A stretch of 63,525 nucleotides of DNA, filler included, from Phoronis australis (Eukaryota > Animalia > Phoronida), in assembly GCA_002633005.1 (NCBI GenBank). It is 7 parts of 7 records of this genome, joined end to end, with 100 filler letters (N's around TTAATTAATTAA, not from the genome) between each part and the next. Parts side by side here need not be neighbours in the genome. Positions count along the whole stretch, not along the records: positions 46,717 to 52,390 come from NMRA01002292.1; positions 52,491 to 61,145 come from NMRA01001877.1; positions 61,246 to 63,525 come from NMRA01001605.1; 4 more parts are not named here. One strand, 5' to 3'. The notes under the pieces were generated by a model. The model did no database searches. It was not told where the DNA came from and saw only the letters and a program-made list of their open reading frames with translations. Shown here piece after piece: positions 51,504-63,525 of this stretch (positions within the stretch are counted from its first letter, which is position 1; every line of letters begins with the position of its first letter). Both the position numbers and the translations under genes were made by a program.

Positions 51504-51749
51504 CACAGAGATGTTGTAAGACAGCTCATGGTCCTGGTCAGCATCTGTCGTCTGGACTATCTCTGGAACTACAAGAGATTTGTCCGTTTGAAAGATATGG
51601 CCTCCGTCAAAGCTCCCTGTACAAAGGATCGTTCAAGAACAAGAAAAGGCTAAGAAAATCCTGAGGCCCGTTCGTTACCGAGAAACAACTAAACAATTCC
51701 AAAAACAAGGCTCTTTTCAACCATTACCTTTTTCACCTATGCAGCTATC

Positions 51750-52330
51750 GCCTTCCATTCGAGGTCACGCCGGTTAGAAAAACCACTTTGTAGTTACCCG
51801 TGCTGAGGCAACTATAGGCGGTAGAATTTATAGGCGCGTGTTGAAAGCGGTGGATGAAGATGCCCACACCATCAGAATCCTCGTAGGTAGGACAGCACTG
51901 ACTTCTCCCTGCTTTTGGTTTGTTGAACATGTCTTGGAGGACAGTTGACGCCAAGATTCAAATGCGGAGGTGGAAAGGTAATATTTTTGATATTAATAAA
52001 AAGGTCTAGAGATTAGACCCCAAAAAGTACACCCAACTTCTCCGCAAAATTCATTCAGCGTCAGCTAGGTTGCAACACGATGTTTTATTTCTTTGGAAAG
52101 GGAAAACTGGCAGCATCCATACGCTAAGAAACAAACATTCCAGAGGTTGATGCAACCCACGCCGAGCCCTAGTAGTCTATAGAAAATGTTATGCCAGTGC
52201 AGTCTTCTTGCCTTTGAATCGGCAGCAGAGTTGTCCAACAATTAATGAATGGGGCTCGTGTCTACTTCTATCGTAGGCGAAGGGTGCCTTCACCAAATGA
52301 CACAATAGATGCCTAAGTTCGCGTGCAGAG
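51750..52330 (-). pseudogene. Highly decayed RT remnant resembling DIRS/Ngaro tyrosine-recombinase retrotransposons
   Basis: Fragments IVSFGEGTL, TLLPIQRQED..GITF, LNEFCGEVG and ED...IFIHRF loosely follow the order of DIRS-type RT motifs. No intact YxDD seen. Confidence 0.3.
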
Positions 52331-54554
52331 ACTCTGTGCATAACTTCAGATGGTTGCTATGGAAGGCATCTGTCTAAGGACATACACCGCNNNNNNNNNN
52401 NNNNNNNNNNNNNNNNNNNNNNNNNNNNNNNNNNTTAATTAATTAANNNNNNNNNNNNNNNNNNNNNNNNNNNNNNNNNNNNNNNNNNNNATGCCATTTA
52501 TTGTAGCCCTGAAACTAAACTGCAAGAGAATAACGCGATAGCTACACTGCGAAGACAGTTGATGTCATTTAACTCCAACACATGGTTTTAGCAGGGGGGC
52601 CGGGTTGATAGAGTTGCATTTTGAATTCTTTTAAACCTAACTGATTAAGATTACAATTGCTTGAACAAAAACACTCTTTTAAATCCTGTGATTAAGTGAT
52701 ATTTAAGTTGAAGAGCGACTCACTTGGTATTCCGAGATTATAGTCTTTTGTTCGCCACTTCATTTTGAAAAAAAAAACACTCAGTTGAAAAAAAAATCGT
52801 TTAAATGTGTCGGAAAAGGAATTTAAAAGTAATATTCTTATTTTTTGTGGGATATCGGCACCGCGGTTAACCAAATTGTTTTATGCGCGTACGGATGCGG
52901 GGTTTTCCGGCACAGGCCAATTCCCAGACTACTTTCGAATTTTTGTGGAAGTAGGCAAAGAATAAAAGGTTGGGCAAGGAAAGATTAGAAAAGTTGGCCA
53001 TAGAGGTTCATTCAAATGAGTGTTCAAAATTTAATATTTTTAGAAACGATGGTTAATGTGGACTCTGTCAGTGTGAGGTGAATTTCTCCTACCCTTTAAT
53101 TGAAGGTTTTCTTAGTATTAAGTTTCGAAGTCATTTTTCTTCGCCTAAAGAAAATTTTTCATGTGGTATGTATAAAAATGTATTAGATAACTTTTTCACG
53201 GGACGTGGTTAAGGCCATTGCCAGTTAGTAAAATGTGGAATTGCAAGCTTGTCGGTTATTGACGCGTTCGGGTTTTACTCGTTGGTGCGTTACACGAGCG
53301 ATTCCTGAGTCAAATGTATGAACATTCAAATCGGACACTTAACCCTTTCCTTAGGCAGAAATAGTATTTAGAAACTGGCAGAAGCAGTAGAATCCATTAC
53401 AGTAACTGTTTGGTGACATATGTGAGGAAGATGACATATATAACGACAATTGACCCCAGAAAACCCTGTGGATTGAGATACAACAGCGCCGTGAGCGGAC
53501 AGTTTCGGAGGCTCTCCAAGCTGTTTGGTGGTATGTTCCTATTTGAACTACTTTGTTATAAATGGTGCCATGGTGTATATCCAACTAACAGGAATGCGCT
53601 CAAAAGTCATAGTCATTAGCAGTCTGTATGAGTTGCTTCTTTTTTACATTGATTTGGATGATATTGAAGTAAAAGTTATATAGTGGCCTGCATTCCAACT
53701 CGTTTATCAAAAACTAGGCTTTGCCAACCAGTAAAATTATATATTTTCTGAAAGAAAAAAGATCAGGGAATACAAAAATACGCTTTTATGAATTTTCGAT
53801 TAGTATTTTCGTTTGATTTCTACGACAAATCAACTCGCAAAACGTTAGGTATTTTTGTAAAAATAGAAGTCGCATTCGGTTTTGTTACCTTGCGCAAAAT
53901 CTAGGTCTGTATATAAAAATTCTAAAAGCGGTTTTGAGATTGATGAATAATATCCAGTTTATAAAATTTCAGCGAAATCTACCACATAGTTTTCGAGAAC
54001 TCGTGTTCCTTATTTCAAATTAAGTCGATTTGCCGAAGCCGAGAAAAAGCCGATAATATGGCGAGACATGAAAATATCAAGGACTTCACTGAGTTAATTA
54101 CTAAGTGAAAAGTTGTTTTTGGTCAATATAACCTATACATCCCTTGGCCGTGTTCATTCTTTCAACATTCACGCGCAATGTCGACTTAATTTGCAGAGCG
54201 TAATTAACTTAATTATCACAAAAACGTTTTGTCAGCCAAGTCGATTCACGATGCATCGAATCCAACGAGCTCATGCGGGCGGAGTGGGTCAACAATGATG
54301 TTCACTTTTAAGTAGGCCAACACTTCATTGTTATACACACCAGGCGCCGGGAGACTGGTAAGAAATTAGCTAGACAGTGACCACCGTCTTTAGCTGACTA
54401 GAGACGGTGTAGCTCCTACAGAAGCTTCATACACCGTAAACTTTTCGGCATATTATGCCTCACACTGTCTAAAACATCAAAGTCACGTTGTTATGAATAC
54501 CTTTTGCGCATAGAGGGACACCTTAGGACGCCGTCGATGTATTCAATTCCTTAA

Positions 54555-55478
54555 ACAGTACACACCATGGATTTTTGCACATTTTGAATTACCGGTGGCT
54601 ACAGACTAAATACATGACGTAAAATTCAGCTAAACCCATCTTTATTTTGTGTAATTAGCTGAAAATTTTGATTTTTCTTTCAATTTTGCCAACTCACATT
54701 TCCCGCCATGTGACGTCATGGGTTGAACACAAGAGATCAGTGACTAGCATTGAACAATGGCGGAGAGCAGGGAATTTGAAAGCGACGACGATTATGAGCA
54801 AGAATTGAACAAATACTATGAAGAAACGTACGGGAATGGTGGCCAGGATGAGAAAATTTGGTTGCACGAAAGCGAGAATAAGTTTAATGCGATTCGGTAG
54901 CGTACTTTTCTACTTTAAGCCTTCAGAACTGGATCCTACCGCGAGAGAAGCGGCCTCGGGCTCGGCGAGTCAACCCAGTCATCCAGCAGGCGATCCTGAA
55001 TTAAAAGCTGATGTTTATGAATGATAAATATTGTCCTTTATTGAACCAGGCCTTCATCGTAACATCTCCTGTGACTGGAGTCGAAACACGAGTCCTCAAA
55101 GTGGGCAGAACACAGAGTGACCCCGGACCGAATCGCTTGGCCCACGATGACGTCCAGCACTCTCGTTCGGCGCAACTTTTGTGTCTTTCGGAACACCGAG
55201 ACGTTCTCCGCCTGGTTGCTGTGGCTGCAGCCTCCGGAAACACGTCTTTTGATCCTTCTACGAACATTCTCGACGCTAAATGTACTTTGCTTTTTCTTCA
55301 CTCTCTGATCCGGACACTATAGCGAACGACTTGGGTTCAACCCATGACGTTGTACATAATTATTATTTTTTTCAATGTTTGCGTGTTTCTTTATGAGCTG
55401 TGCACTAAAGGCACTGAAATCTAGTAAGATATAATAATAAAATTTATTTTGAGGTACTAGAGTCATGTTGTGTACACT
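54555..55478. mobile_element. Internally deleted Kolobok-like DNA transposon with THAP remnant
   Basis: TTAA on both flanks (54551-54, 55479-82). Imperfect TIRs ACAGTACACACCATG / CATGTTGTGTACACT. Internal 21-bp inverted repeats (54713-54733, 55330-55350). Minus-strand THAP-like RVSGGCSHSN..NVSVF...LCSAHFEDSCF and a convergent acidic ORF start MAESREFESDDDYE. Confidence 0.65.
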
Positions 55479-57117
55479 TTAANAAATGCACCATTAATGA
55501 AGCTCGATAGGTATGCAAATTTTATATGACCTTTTTCCAGAGAAACATGACTGTCTGGATGCCAGGTCTCGTAGTAGACTGGACGTCCGCTTAACGCCGC
55601 CCCGCCGAAAGTCTCACTCATCAGGTCGCAAAACGTCATCAAGTCCCAGCAACCGGCATTTGCACAGTCGACATAAATCATCGAAGTCGCGAACGTGTAT
55701 AGACTCGCACAAAAAACCCAAATCCAAGAGGCATTCGAGACTCCGTCCTGTGTAATTACATGAATTGCCTGGTTCTGGGAATGCACGCCCGCAAGCAGAA
55801 GGCAGTGACTGTCACTTTGGACGAAATGATACGACTGTCTGCGAAACAACTGACAGTTTGCTTGGAGATGCCACTCGTCCGCACTGAACTTTGTTGATCT
55901 GTCGATCTACCGACTGACCGAAACCCACGGTTAATTGCTGGTGCAGGACACCGTGTGGTAAAGTCACATCTATGAATAACAATGAAAATAATTCTGAGTG
56001 ACTTGTGTTTATTAAACTGAGCATGCATTCAGTGGCGGATCTACGTTTTCAGTAAGGGGGGGTTTAGGATTCCCGCAAAGGTCGAATCCGAGGCGCGTGG
56101 CGCCGAGCGGGGGGGGGGAGGTCGGGTAAACCCCCTCCCGTGTAAGACAACTTTTTGTTTTTGTAGCCAAACAGTGAAATTTCCATGCATCTTGGTACGT
56201 TTCTGGCACTTAACGTGTCCCTGGAGTTTTTCTTAAGATAATTAAAAACCCTTCTCGATTTCGTCACATGAACTTGGCTCACAAGTTTGGTGAAACCATA
56301 TTTGTGCACATTTGGGTATGAGTCACGCCACCAACAAAACTTTTTGTTGGAACATCGGCTTACACACACCTTTTTAGCATACAAAAAGTGTGGTGTGTAT
56401 ACAGGGGTTTAGACAACTACCAAATATTCAAGAGCATAAGGAGCACCGACGGGCGTAATATCAGATGATCGCAACAGCCTCAAGCTGTTTAAGAACGAAG
56501 ACCTGTACTGTTAGTCCGGAAATAAACACAGTGTGTTCTGTATCGTTACGAGAAAAACTGGCGAGCGACGGTGCTCTTAGCTCATAGTCTATTATTAAAA
56601 GTGACAATAAACAATTAAGTATTACTTTATTAAGCTGAATCACGTTGACAACAATTGAAAAACGTCAAATGTATAAGGAAACAAATCATCTGAAACGAAA
56701 CCAAAACATCGTGTGCACCGTCACGAGACCTAAAGAGTACTTTGCAAAAAAATTTGAATTGAAAACTTCTATCTAGACACTTTTTAATCCCCAGTGGTTG
56801 TTCATACGTGTAGTTTACACATCTGCGAGAGGTTGTCTAGGAAGGGTTTTCGCACCGTTCTGTAGTACCCGGTACTCCCTGGAAGAAACAAGTATTGAGT
56901 ACATATTGAACTACGCACTATGTGAAATAGATTTTGGATATGAAGCAGATAGGCTCAAGTGGAAATACAAACCAGGATCAGTTTCTGTGCGCTCGTAGAC
57001 CTTTTGCTGTACTGAGTAAATTTGGCATGTCCAAAAATAATTTCTATTTCGTTTTCGTTGTACACAAGCATAAAAAAACGGAATTATTACAAACTGTGTA
57101 GAATTATATAACTTATT

Positions 57118-57520
57118 ACCTGGGTGTTTCGCCAGGAACGTTGGTCCTATCTTTCTGTTGTCTAGGCTGCCGAGGAATCTGTATATCGGATCCAATGGTT
57201 TGCTCGTCTTGGAACCATTCTACCCAGACATATTTGATGTTTGTTCCCAACACTTGCACTTCGTCAACTGCTCTCCTGTTAATGAGCTTGTACGCCTCTA
57301 CAATGTCAGCATCTCGTTTCGCAGCTCAGTTGGCACTAAGCCCCTGAGGTTACCAAGTCCATTCAAAAGACTTACAGCATGCGCAACTAAATTTGATCCG
57401 TTCATCACGGACTACTTCAAACCTTGACGATGTATCCCAGGACCCATTTGCATCTCTTGCAATTTTCGAAATAAGCGTCCCAATGTCTGAACGCTTGAAA
57501 CCCGAAGTACTATCATCAGA
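57118..57520 (-). pseudogene. hAT (PRKRIR/ZMYM1-like) transposase fragment
   Basis: GLGNLRGL / KRDADIVEAYKLIN..VDEVQVLGTNIKYVWVEWFQ...IQIPRQPRQQKDRTNVPGETP resembles the region preceding the hAT dimerisation domain. Confidence 0.65.
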
Positions 57521-57608
57521 TAAATGCCCATGGGCATGGGCGTTTCGTCGGGTGAGCCTTTCTGCGGAAATTCCCAGTATAGAAAATGGCAGTGGTGCTT
57601 ATTGCAGG

Positions 57609-57661
57609 TAGGCAATGACCATCGCCTCTGTTGGCCCGACCAAGGCGATGGTCATTGCCTA
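57609..57661. mobile_element. 53-bp mini-MITE with 19-bp perfect TIRs and 9-bp TSD
   Basis: TAGGCAATGACCATCGCCT - 15 nt - AGGCGATGGTCATTGCCTA, flanked by TATTGCAGG at 57600-57608 and 57662-57670. Confidence 0.85.
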
Positions 57662-60600
57662 TATTGCAGGTAGAAAGACGGTAGGTGTTGAGGACGGCAC
57701 TTCGGGCTCCTTAGGAGGCCTATTGAACATTGCACGAGTCCCGCAAGACTCCCAGCAAATTTCTGGTACTGTACACTGTTCGTGAATGCGGTCACTTTGT
57801 CAATGTGAGTGCCCCCTTGGTCATTCCTTGTATAGACATAACTTGTTAGAGTGCATCTTCAAACAGACTCGCGACCAGACCACGGCGCCCGCCACAANNN
57901 NNNNNNNNNNNNNNNNNNNNNNNNNNNNNNNNNNNNNNNNNNNNNNNNNNNNNNNNNNNNNNNNNNNNNNNNNNNNNNNNNNNNNNNNNNNNNNNNNNNN
58001 NNNNNNNNNNNNNNNNNNNNNNNNNNNNNNNNNNNNNNNNNNNNNNNNNNNNNNNNNNNNNNNNNNNNNNNNNNNNNNNNNNNNNNNNNNNNNNNNNNNN
58101 NNNNNNNNNNNNNNNNNNNNNNNNNNNNNNNNNNNNNNNNNNNNNNNNNNNNNNNNNNNNNNNNNNNNNNNNNNNNNNNNNNNNNNNNNNNNNNNNNNNN
58201 NNNNNNNNNNNNNNNNNNNNNNNNNNNNNNNNNNNNNNNNNNNNNNNNNNNNNNNNNNNNNNNNNNNNNNNNNNNNNNNNNNNNNNNNNNNNNNNNNNNN
58301 NNNNNNNNNNNNNNNNNNNNNNNNNNNNNNNNNNNNNNNNNNNNNNNNNNNNNNNNNNNNNNNNNNNNNNNNNNNNNNNNNNNNNNNNNNNNNNNNNNNN
58401 NNNNNNNNNNNNNNNNNNNNNNNNNNNNNNNNNNNNNNNNNNNNNNNNNNNNNNNNNNNNNNNNNNNNNNNNNNNNNNNNNNNNNNNNNNNNNNNNNNNN
58501 NNNNNNNNNNNNNNNNNNNNNNNNNNNNNNNNNNNNNNNNNNNNNNNNNNNNNNNNNNNNNNNNNNNNNNNNNNNNNNNNNNNNNNNNNNNNNNNNNNNN
58601 NNNNNNNNNNNNNNNNNNNNNNNNNNNNNNNNNNNNNNNNNNNNNNNNNNNNNNNNNNNNNNNNNNNNNNNNNNNNNNNNNNNNNNNNNNNNNNNNNNNN
58701 NNNNNNNNNNNNNNNNNNNNNNNNNNNNNNNNNNNNNNNNNNNNNNNNNNNNNNNNNNNNNNNNNNNNNNNNNNNNNNNNNNNNNNNNNCAAAAAAACAT
58801 ATTTTCAGAGTGAACTCCCCCCTCATTTTTTCCAAGTTGGTTTAGTTGGGGTTTACACACGCTGGCGGTGCCGTTTTCGTTTTGCTGGATACGTTTTTTT
58901 TTTTTTTTATTTTGGGTCCTGGCCCGAGGGGGGGTTTAAACCCCCTGAACCCCCCCCGTAGATCCGCCACTGATAACATTTGAATGTTTAGTCAGTGTGA
59001 AGCATAGCGTAATTCGAGGAAAAGCTTCCGGTATGAAGTTCCCATTGGAGCTACACAGTCTCTAATGGGCTAGAGACGGTCGTCACTGTCTACCATGAAA
59101 CCCAAGGGATATCACAAATCGAGTCGGTGGTTAAAGCGCGTCGCGAGCATGAGATCGAAACAGCGAAATTTCAAATTACTTCGATCAGTATCAAATTGAG
59201 AAATTTGGGTGAGGATTTAGTCACAACTGGCCGTGTTCGTGACTCGTAACATTCGTTCTCGACGATCGTATAGTACGCATGCAGACACACAACTCCCTCA
59301 GGATCAAAACTAAATTTTACATTCGTTTTCCCCGGCATCTTTCTATTCTGTGTACACTTCACTGACACAATACTATGGTGACTCGGTGAATGAAAGAACT
59401 GCAGCTACAGTGTACTTAGCTGCCCTGTGCCTGTGGCGGGAGATTCGATTTGCGTGACAGCCCAGTAACCTTTGACTTCTGATAAATAGTAAACAAATTT
59501 CCACGCGGTTGTGTGGTTTCCAAGCTGGTTCTTCTAAATGTTTTTTTTTTCTCTACACGGCATACATTTAGTATTTGAATTTCTCCAAGAATGAAGATAA
59601 GATATTCTGCTAGACATGCGTGAAATATTGTAAAAAATGGCCAACTTTTATGAATAAGGTTTGAGATATCAGTTTGATTTATGGCATATATATAACTAAC
59701 AACAAATAGCATGTAAAATATACCACAGCCTCAGCTTGGAAAGTCTCAGTTTAGAACCGTACCATTGCAAACTGCCATAAATCTGAGGACAGACTGGCCA
59801 CACCCTACGTCCCACATCTAGAAAGCAAATTAACGAGTTATTCAATTCATAGTATAGGCATAAGCGCTGAGTAAAATCGCCGTGTTACCGACAGGATTGG
59901 AATGCCATAATTGTATTAGATGTCTGTAACTTGCCTCTGGTCTGCCTTATCGAGGTTAGCAGCTTGTAAACCTCCAATTCTAACCCTTTGGCTTGATCAA
60001 ACTGAAATCCTAATGTCCTACATGATGGTATTCGTGATTCTAGACCCAAATCCAGTTGCGTAGCACTATAGCATGTGTTACGGGTCCGCGCTCTCGGCAT
60101 TTTAAACGCACAAATGCCATAAACGTATACATATCTCTACGACTATGGAAGCACTGACCTCGAGTGATGCAAACTTGGAAAGTTTGTATTGGGATCTTGC
60201 CATTTTCAACATGTGCAGTGTCAAGGAGCCGGACGACCGTAAGCGATGTTCAAAGAACTGCACTGTTGCAATCTGATGCTACCGAAAGCTTAAGCGCGGC
60301 CGCACAAAAAACAGCGGACTGCTTAAAGTGCAGGAACTCTTACTCAAATGTACGAGTTCCAAAGTTTGTGCTGGGTGCCTCAGGTGCGAGAAAGGACCTA
60401 ATCACGCGCTTGTTTCAAGTCACGAGGTCAACTGTCACTCCGAAGCCTGAAATCGCACCAAATTTAACCGATAAATAGATAGAGACCAATTTCGTGACGC
60501 CAAGCAGTCTAAATCAAAAATTGGTTTTCGTGGTGAAAGGCGAGTTTACAGTGGCTTTTAATTTTCTATTTTACATGGTGTTTCGCGTGTAGGCACATGC

Positions 60601-61245
60601 CTAATGTCACATACAGGTGCAGCTTTGCCTGCGTTTAATCATAGACATATTCCTTAAGCCTACTATCTGGACACCAGTTTCGCTACTAAGAATGACATTG
60701 AAAGATGGTCTAGGACAGAAGCAGTCAAATTTTTCTAAGAGCATTGATAAGCTAAGCAAAATACGAATATACCAAAAACACTTGAAACAGTCTCAAATGA
60801 TAGCTGCAGAGTTCAGACATGCCATTTATATAATCTTTTTAAAAAGTTTTCGAATTTTTTATGCCCTGGACTATTCTCAAATTAAGACTCAGGAAAAGGT
60901 TCTTTTCAGCACGTCCTCAACAGGAAATGACAAGGTTAAAGGAGAAGGCAACCTTTTTCCATGTCATTTTGAGCTAAAATAAGGTTGGTTGGTTATCCTA
61001 GACATATTTTTCACTTAATTACAGCTTTTCGTAATTTTGTTAATTACTCGTCCGCTATTCCGGAAGTGACGTTTTAGGAGACAAGCGTTTCCCGCCACTT
61101 GGTTTTGCATTGAGTTTACTGTGCAAATCTGTTCTATTCTACTTCNNNNNNNNNNNNNNNNNNNNNNNNNNNNNNNNNNNNNNNNNNNNTTAATTAATTA
61201 ANNNNNNNNNNNNNNNNNNNNNNNNNNNNNNNNNNNNNNNNNNNN

Positions 61246-63525
61246 CGCACGATACAGGTCGCAATTTTCGTCCGATCATCACGAAATTTACACATAACAC
61301 GTACTTCTGGAAGTACTGGAAGCCTATTGGTTTTGGTCAAAATCCGATCCAAGATGGCGGCTATGGCGGCCATTTTGTTTTCATTTTAAGGTTCAAATGC
61401 TTCTGGAGGCTACAATTTTTTACGTAAAAGGCTAAGAATCGGCACGATAAATGAACCGGAAGTTTGCTACAAGTATACCGGAAATTGTTTACTTCCAATT
61501 AAAGATGGCGGAAATATCGGCGATCGCGCATGCGCACCTCGATTTTGGCCTAAAAACGTTTTCTCCTGTAGAGGGCGCATTATGAAACCAATTCCTTTGA
61601 AATTTTACGGATATCAGTTTTTTATGACATGCTATTGTATCAACCCAAAAAACCGGAAGTTGCTTTCAAGATGGCGGATCTGGCGCATGTTGACCCATTT
61701 TCAGTCGTGCTGGAGTGCCATTTTAAACGGGAAGAGAAAAAGACGTGATTTTTTGCATGTAGATTCTTTGAAGTATATCCTTTCAAATGACCTGTAACAA
61801 TTTTTTTCTCAGACTTACCGTTTTCGAGTTATTTGACTTTGAATTTTTTAAAAAATAAGCAAAATTTAGCTCTTTAAACGGGTGAAGGAAAAGACGTGAA
61901 TTTTTGCATGTGGATTCTCTAAGGTATACTCTTTCAAATGAACTGTAACAATTTTTTTCTCAGACTTACCGTTTTCGAGTTATTTGACTTTGAATTTATT
62001 AAAAAATAAGCAAAATTTCATTTTTTTCGAAAAATTTACGGAATTAGGCGATACCATCCGTTTAGATAGAATTTTGAACGGGCTTTCAGAAGATGTTTTC
62101 CATTTTTCGCTAGGACGTCTACTTTTCGAGTTATTTGAGATTTTCTGATAACGCTGTTCCTTTGTTGTGCGCTCTTGCTGCATTGATGTTGGTATATCTT
62201 CTATTGAACTAGACTGTAGCCTATTTCTTATTGATTTATGACATCTAAGTTCGTCATATGAATGTTGTGATGTTGTTCATCATCGCCACCTCCATAATCA
62301 TATTCGTCATCATCTTCGTCATCATCTCCGTCGTTGTCTTTTCCGTTAATTTCGCCAAGTGTCGCACAAGACTGTAGCCTTTTTCTTACTGATTTCGGAC
62401 CTCTACGTTCGCCATGTGTATGTTATTAATACTTCTTTTTTTTCACCATCGTCGTCATATTCGTCATCTTTGTCATCATCTTTATCGTCATCTTTTTGGT
62501 TAATTTCGCCAAGGTTCGCTCCTCGGAGCGCTTTCATTACTTGGCGAAATAAATTTCGCCAAGTATGTTGCTCTTCCACTAAGTTTTTTTTTGTTTGTTC
62601 GCACGATACAGGTCGCAATTTTCGTCCGATCATCACGAAATTTACACACAACATGTACTTCCGGAAGTACTGGAAGCCTATTGTTTTTTGTCAAAATCGG
62701 ATCCAAGATGGCGGCTGTGGCGGCCATTTTGTTTCCATTTAAAGGTTCAAATGCTTCTGTAGGCCACAAATTTTTACGTAAAAGGCTAAAAATCGGCACA
62801 GTTAATGGACCGGAAGTTTGCTACAAGTATACCGGAAATTGTTCAGTTCCGGTAAAAGATGGCGGAAATATCTTCGATCGCGCATGCGCACCTCGATTTT
62901 GGCCTGAAAACGTTTTCTCCTCTAGAGGGCGAATTATAAGACCAATTCCTTCGAATTTTTATAGGTATCAGTTTCTTGTAACATGCTATTATACAAAGCC
63001 AAAAAACCGGAAGTTGCTTTCAAGATGGCGGATCTGGCGCATGTTGACCTATTTTCAGTCGTCTGGGGTGCGATCTTAAACGGGAAGAGAAAAATACGTG
63101 ATTTTTTGCATGTAGATTCTTTGAAGTATAATCTTTCAAATGGCCTGTAACAATTTTTTTCTCAGACTTACTGTTTTCAAGTTATTTGACTTAGAATTTC
63201 TTAAAAAAGCGCAAAATTTCATTTTTTTCGAAAAATTTACGGAATTAGGCAATACCATCAGTTTAGATAGAATTTTGAACGGGCTTTCAGAAGATGTTTT
63301 CCATTTTTCGCTAGGACGTCTTCTTTTCGAGTTATTTGAGATTTTCTGATAAAGCTGTTCCTTTGTTGAGCGCTCTTGCTGCATTGATGTTGGTTTATCT
63401 TCTATTGAACTAGACTGTAGCCTATTTCTTATTGATTTATGACATCTAAGTTCATCATATGAATGTTGTGATGCTGTTCATCATCGCCACCACCATCACC
63501 ATATTCGTCATCATCGTCATCATCT
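61246..63525. repeat. Tandem array (~1.35 kb unit) of Helentron-type non-autonomous elements
   Basis: CGCACGATACAGGTCGC at 61246 and 62600. The junction at ~62535 has a CGCTCC/GGAGCG hairpin, an ATTTCGCCAAG subterminal repeat and a 13-bp hairpin TACTTGGCGAAAT/ATTTCGCCAAGTA (62538-62565). (TCA)n tracts are present. Confidence 0.75.

Larger units (their letters stand above)
56030..58972 (-). mobile_element. Decayed hAT DNA transposon (spans the N gap)
   Basis: Perfect 16-bp TIRs CAGTGGCGGATCTACG / CGTAGATCCGCCACTG with a transposase remnant inside. The flanking 8-mers match only 4/8, so a TSD is not confirmed. Confidence 0.7.

Noticed and set aside
53197-53300. tRNA/SINE-like A-box (GTGGTTAAGGC)
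   Set aside because: No convincing B-box or cloverleaf
57786-58961. Long ORFs of 320-391 aa
   Set aside because: They consist almost entirely of the N gap.

Overview
Repeat-rich eukaryotic DNA from a draft assembly, most likely a marine invertebrate (species not determinable from sequence alone). There are six 100-bp N-TTAATTAATTAA-N placeholder gaps, one long N gap and several single-N joins. No intact host gene is evident. Contents: (i) 1-11.3 kb, a higher-order satellite interrupted by a Helentron-type non-autonomous element; (ii) 12-33 kb, MITEs, a 5'-truncated LINE, an old segmental duplication and isolated Ser/Thr-rich exon candidates; (iii) 33.35-46.54 kb, a nested/chimeric cluster of three related, decayed Ty3/Gypsy LTR retrotransposons (A, B, C) with tRNA-Ser primer sites; (iv) 47-63.5 kb, remnants of DIRS/Ngaro-like, Kolobok-like and hAT elements, a 53-bp mini-MITE and tandem Helentron-type repeats. 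The main highlight is the unusual domain set of the Gypsy family: Gag with an N-terminal ComEA-like helix-hairpin-helix, integrase with a C-terminal PHD finger, and an extra ORF in the env position encoding a Cys/His motif plus a complete TatD nuclease domain. All family assignments come from motif recognition by eye; no database searches were run.
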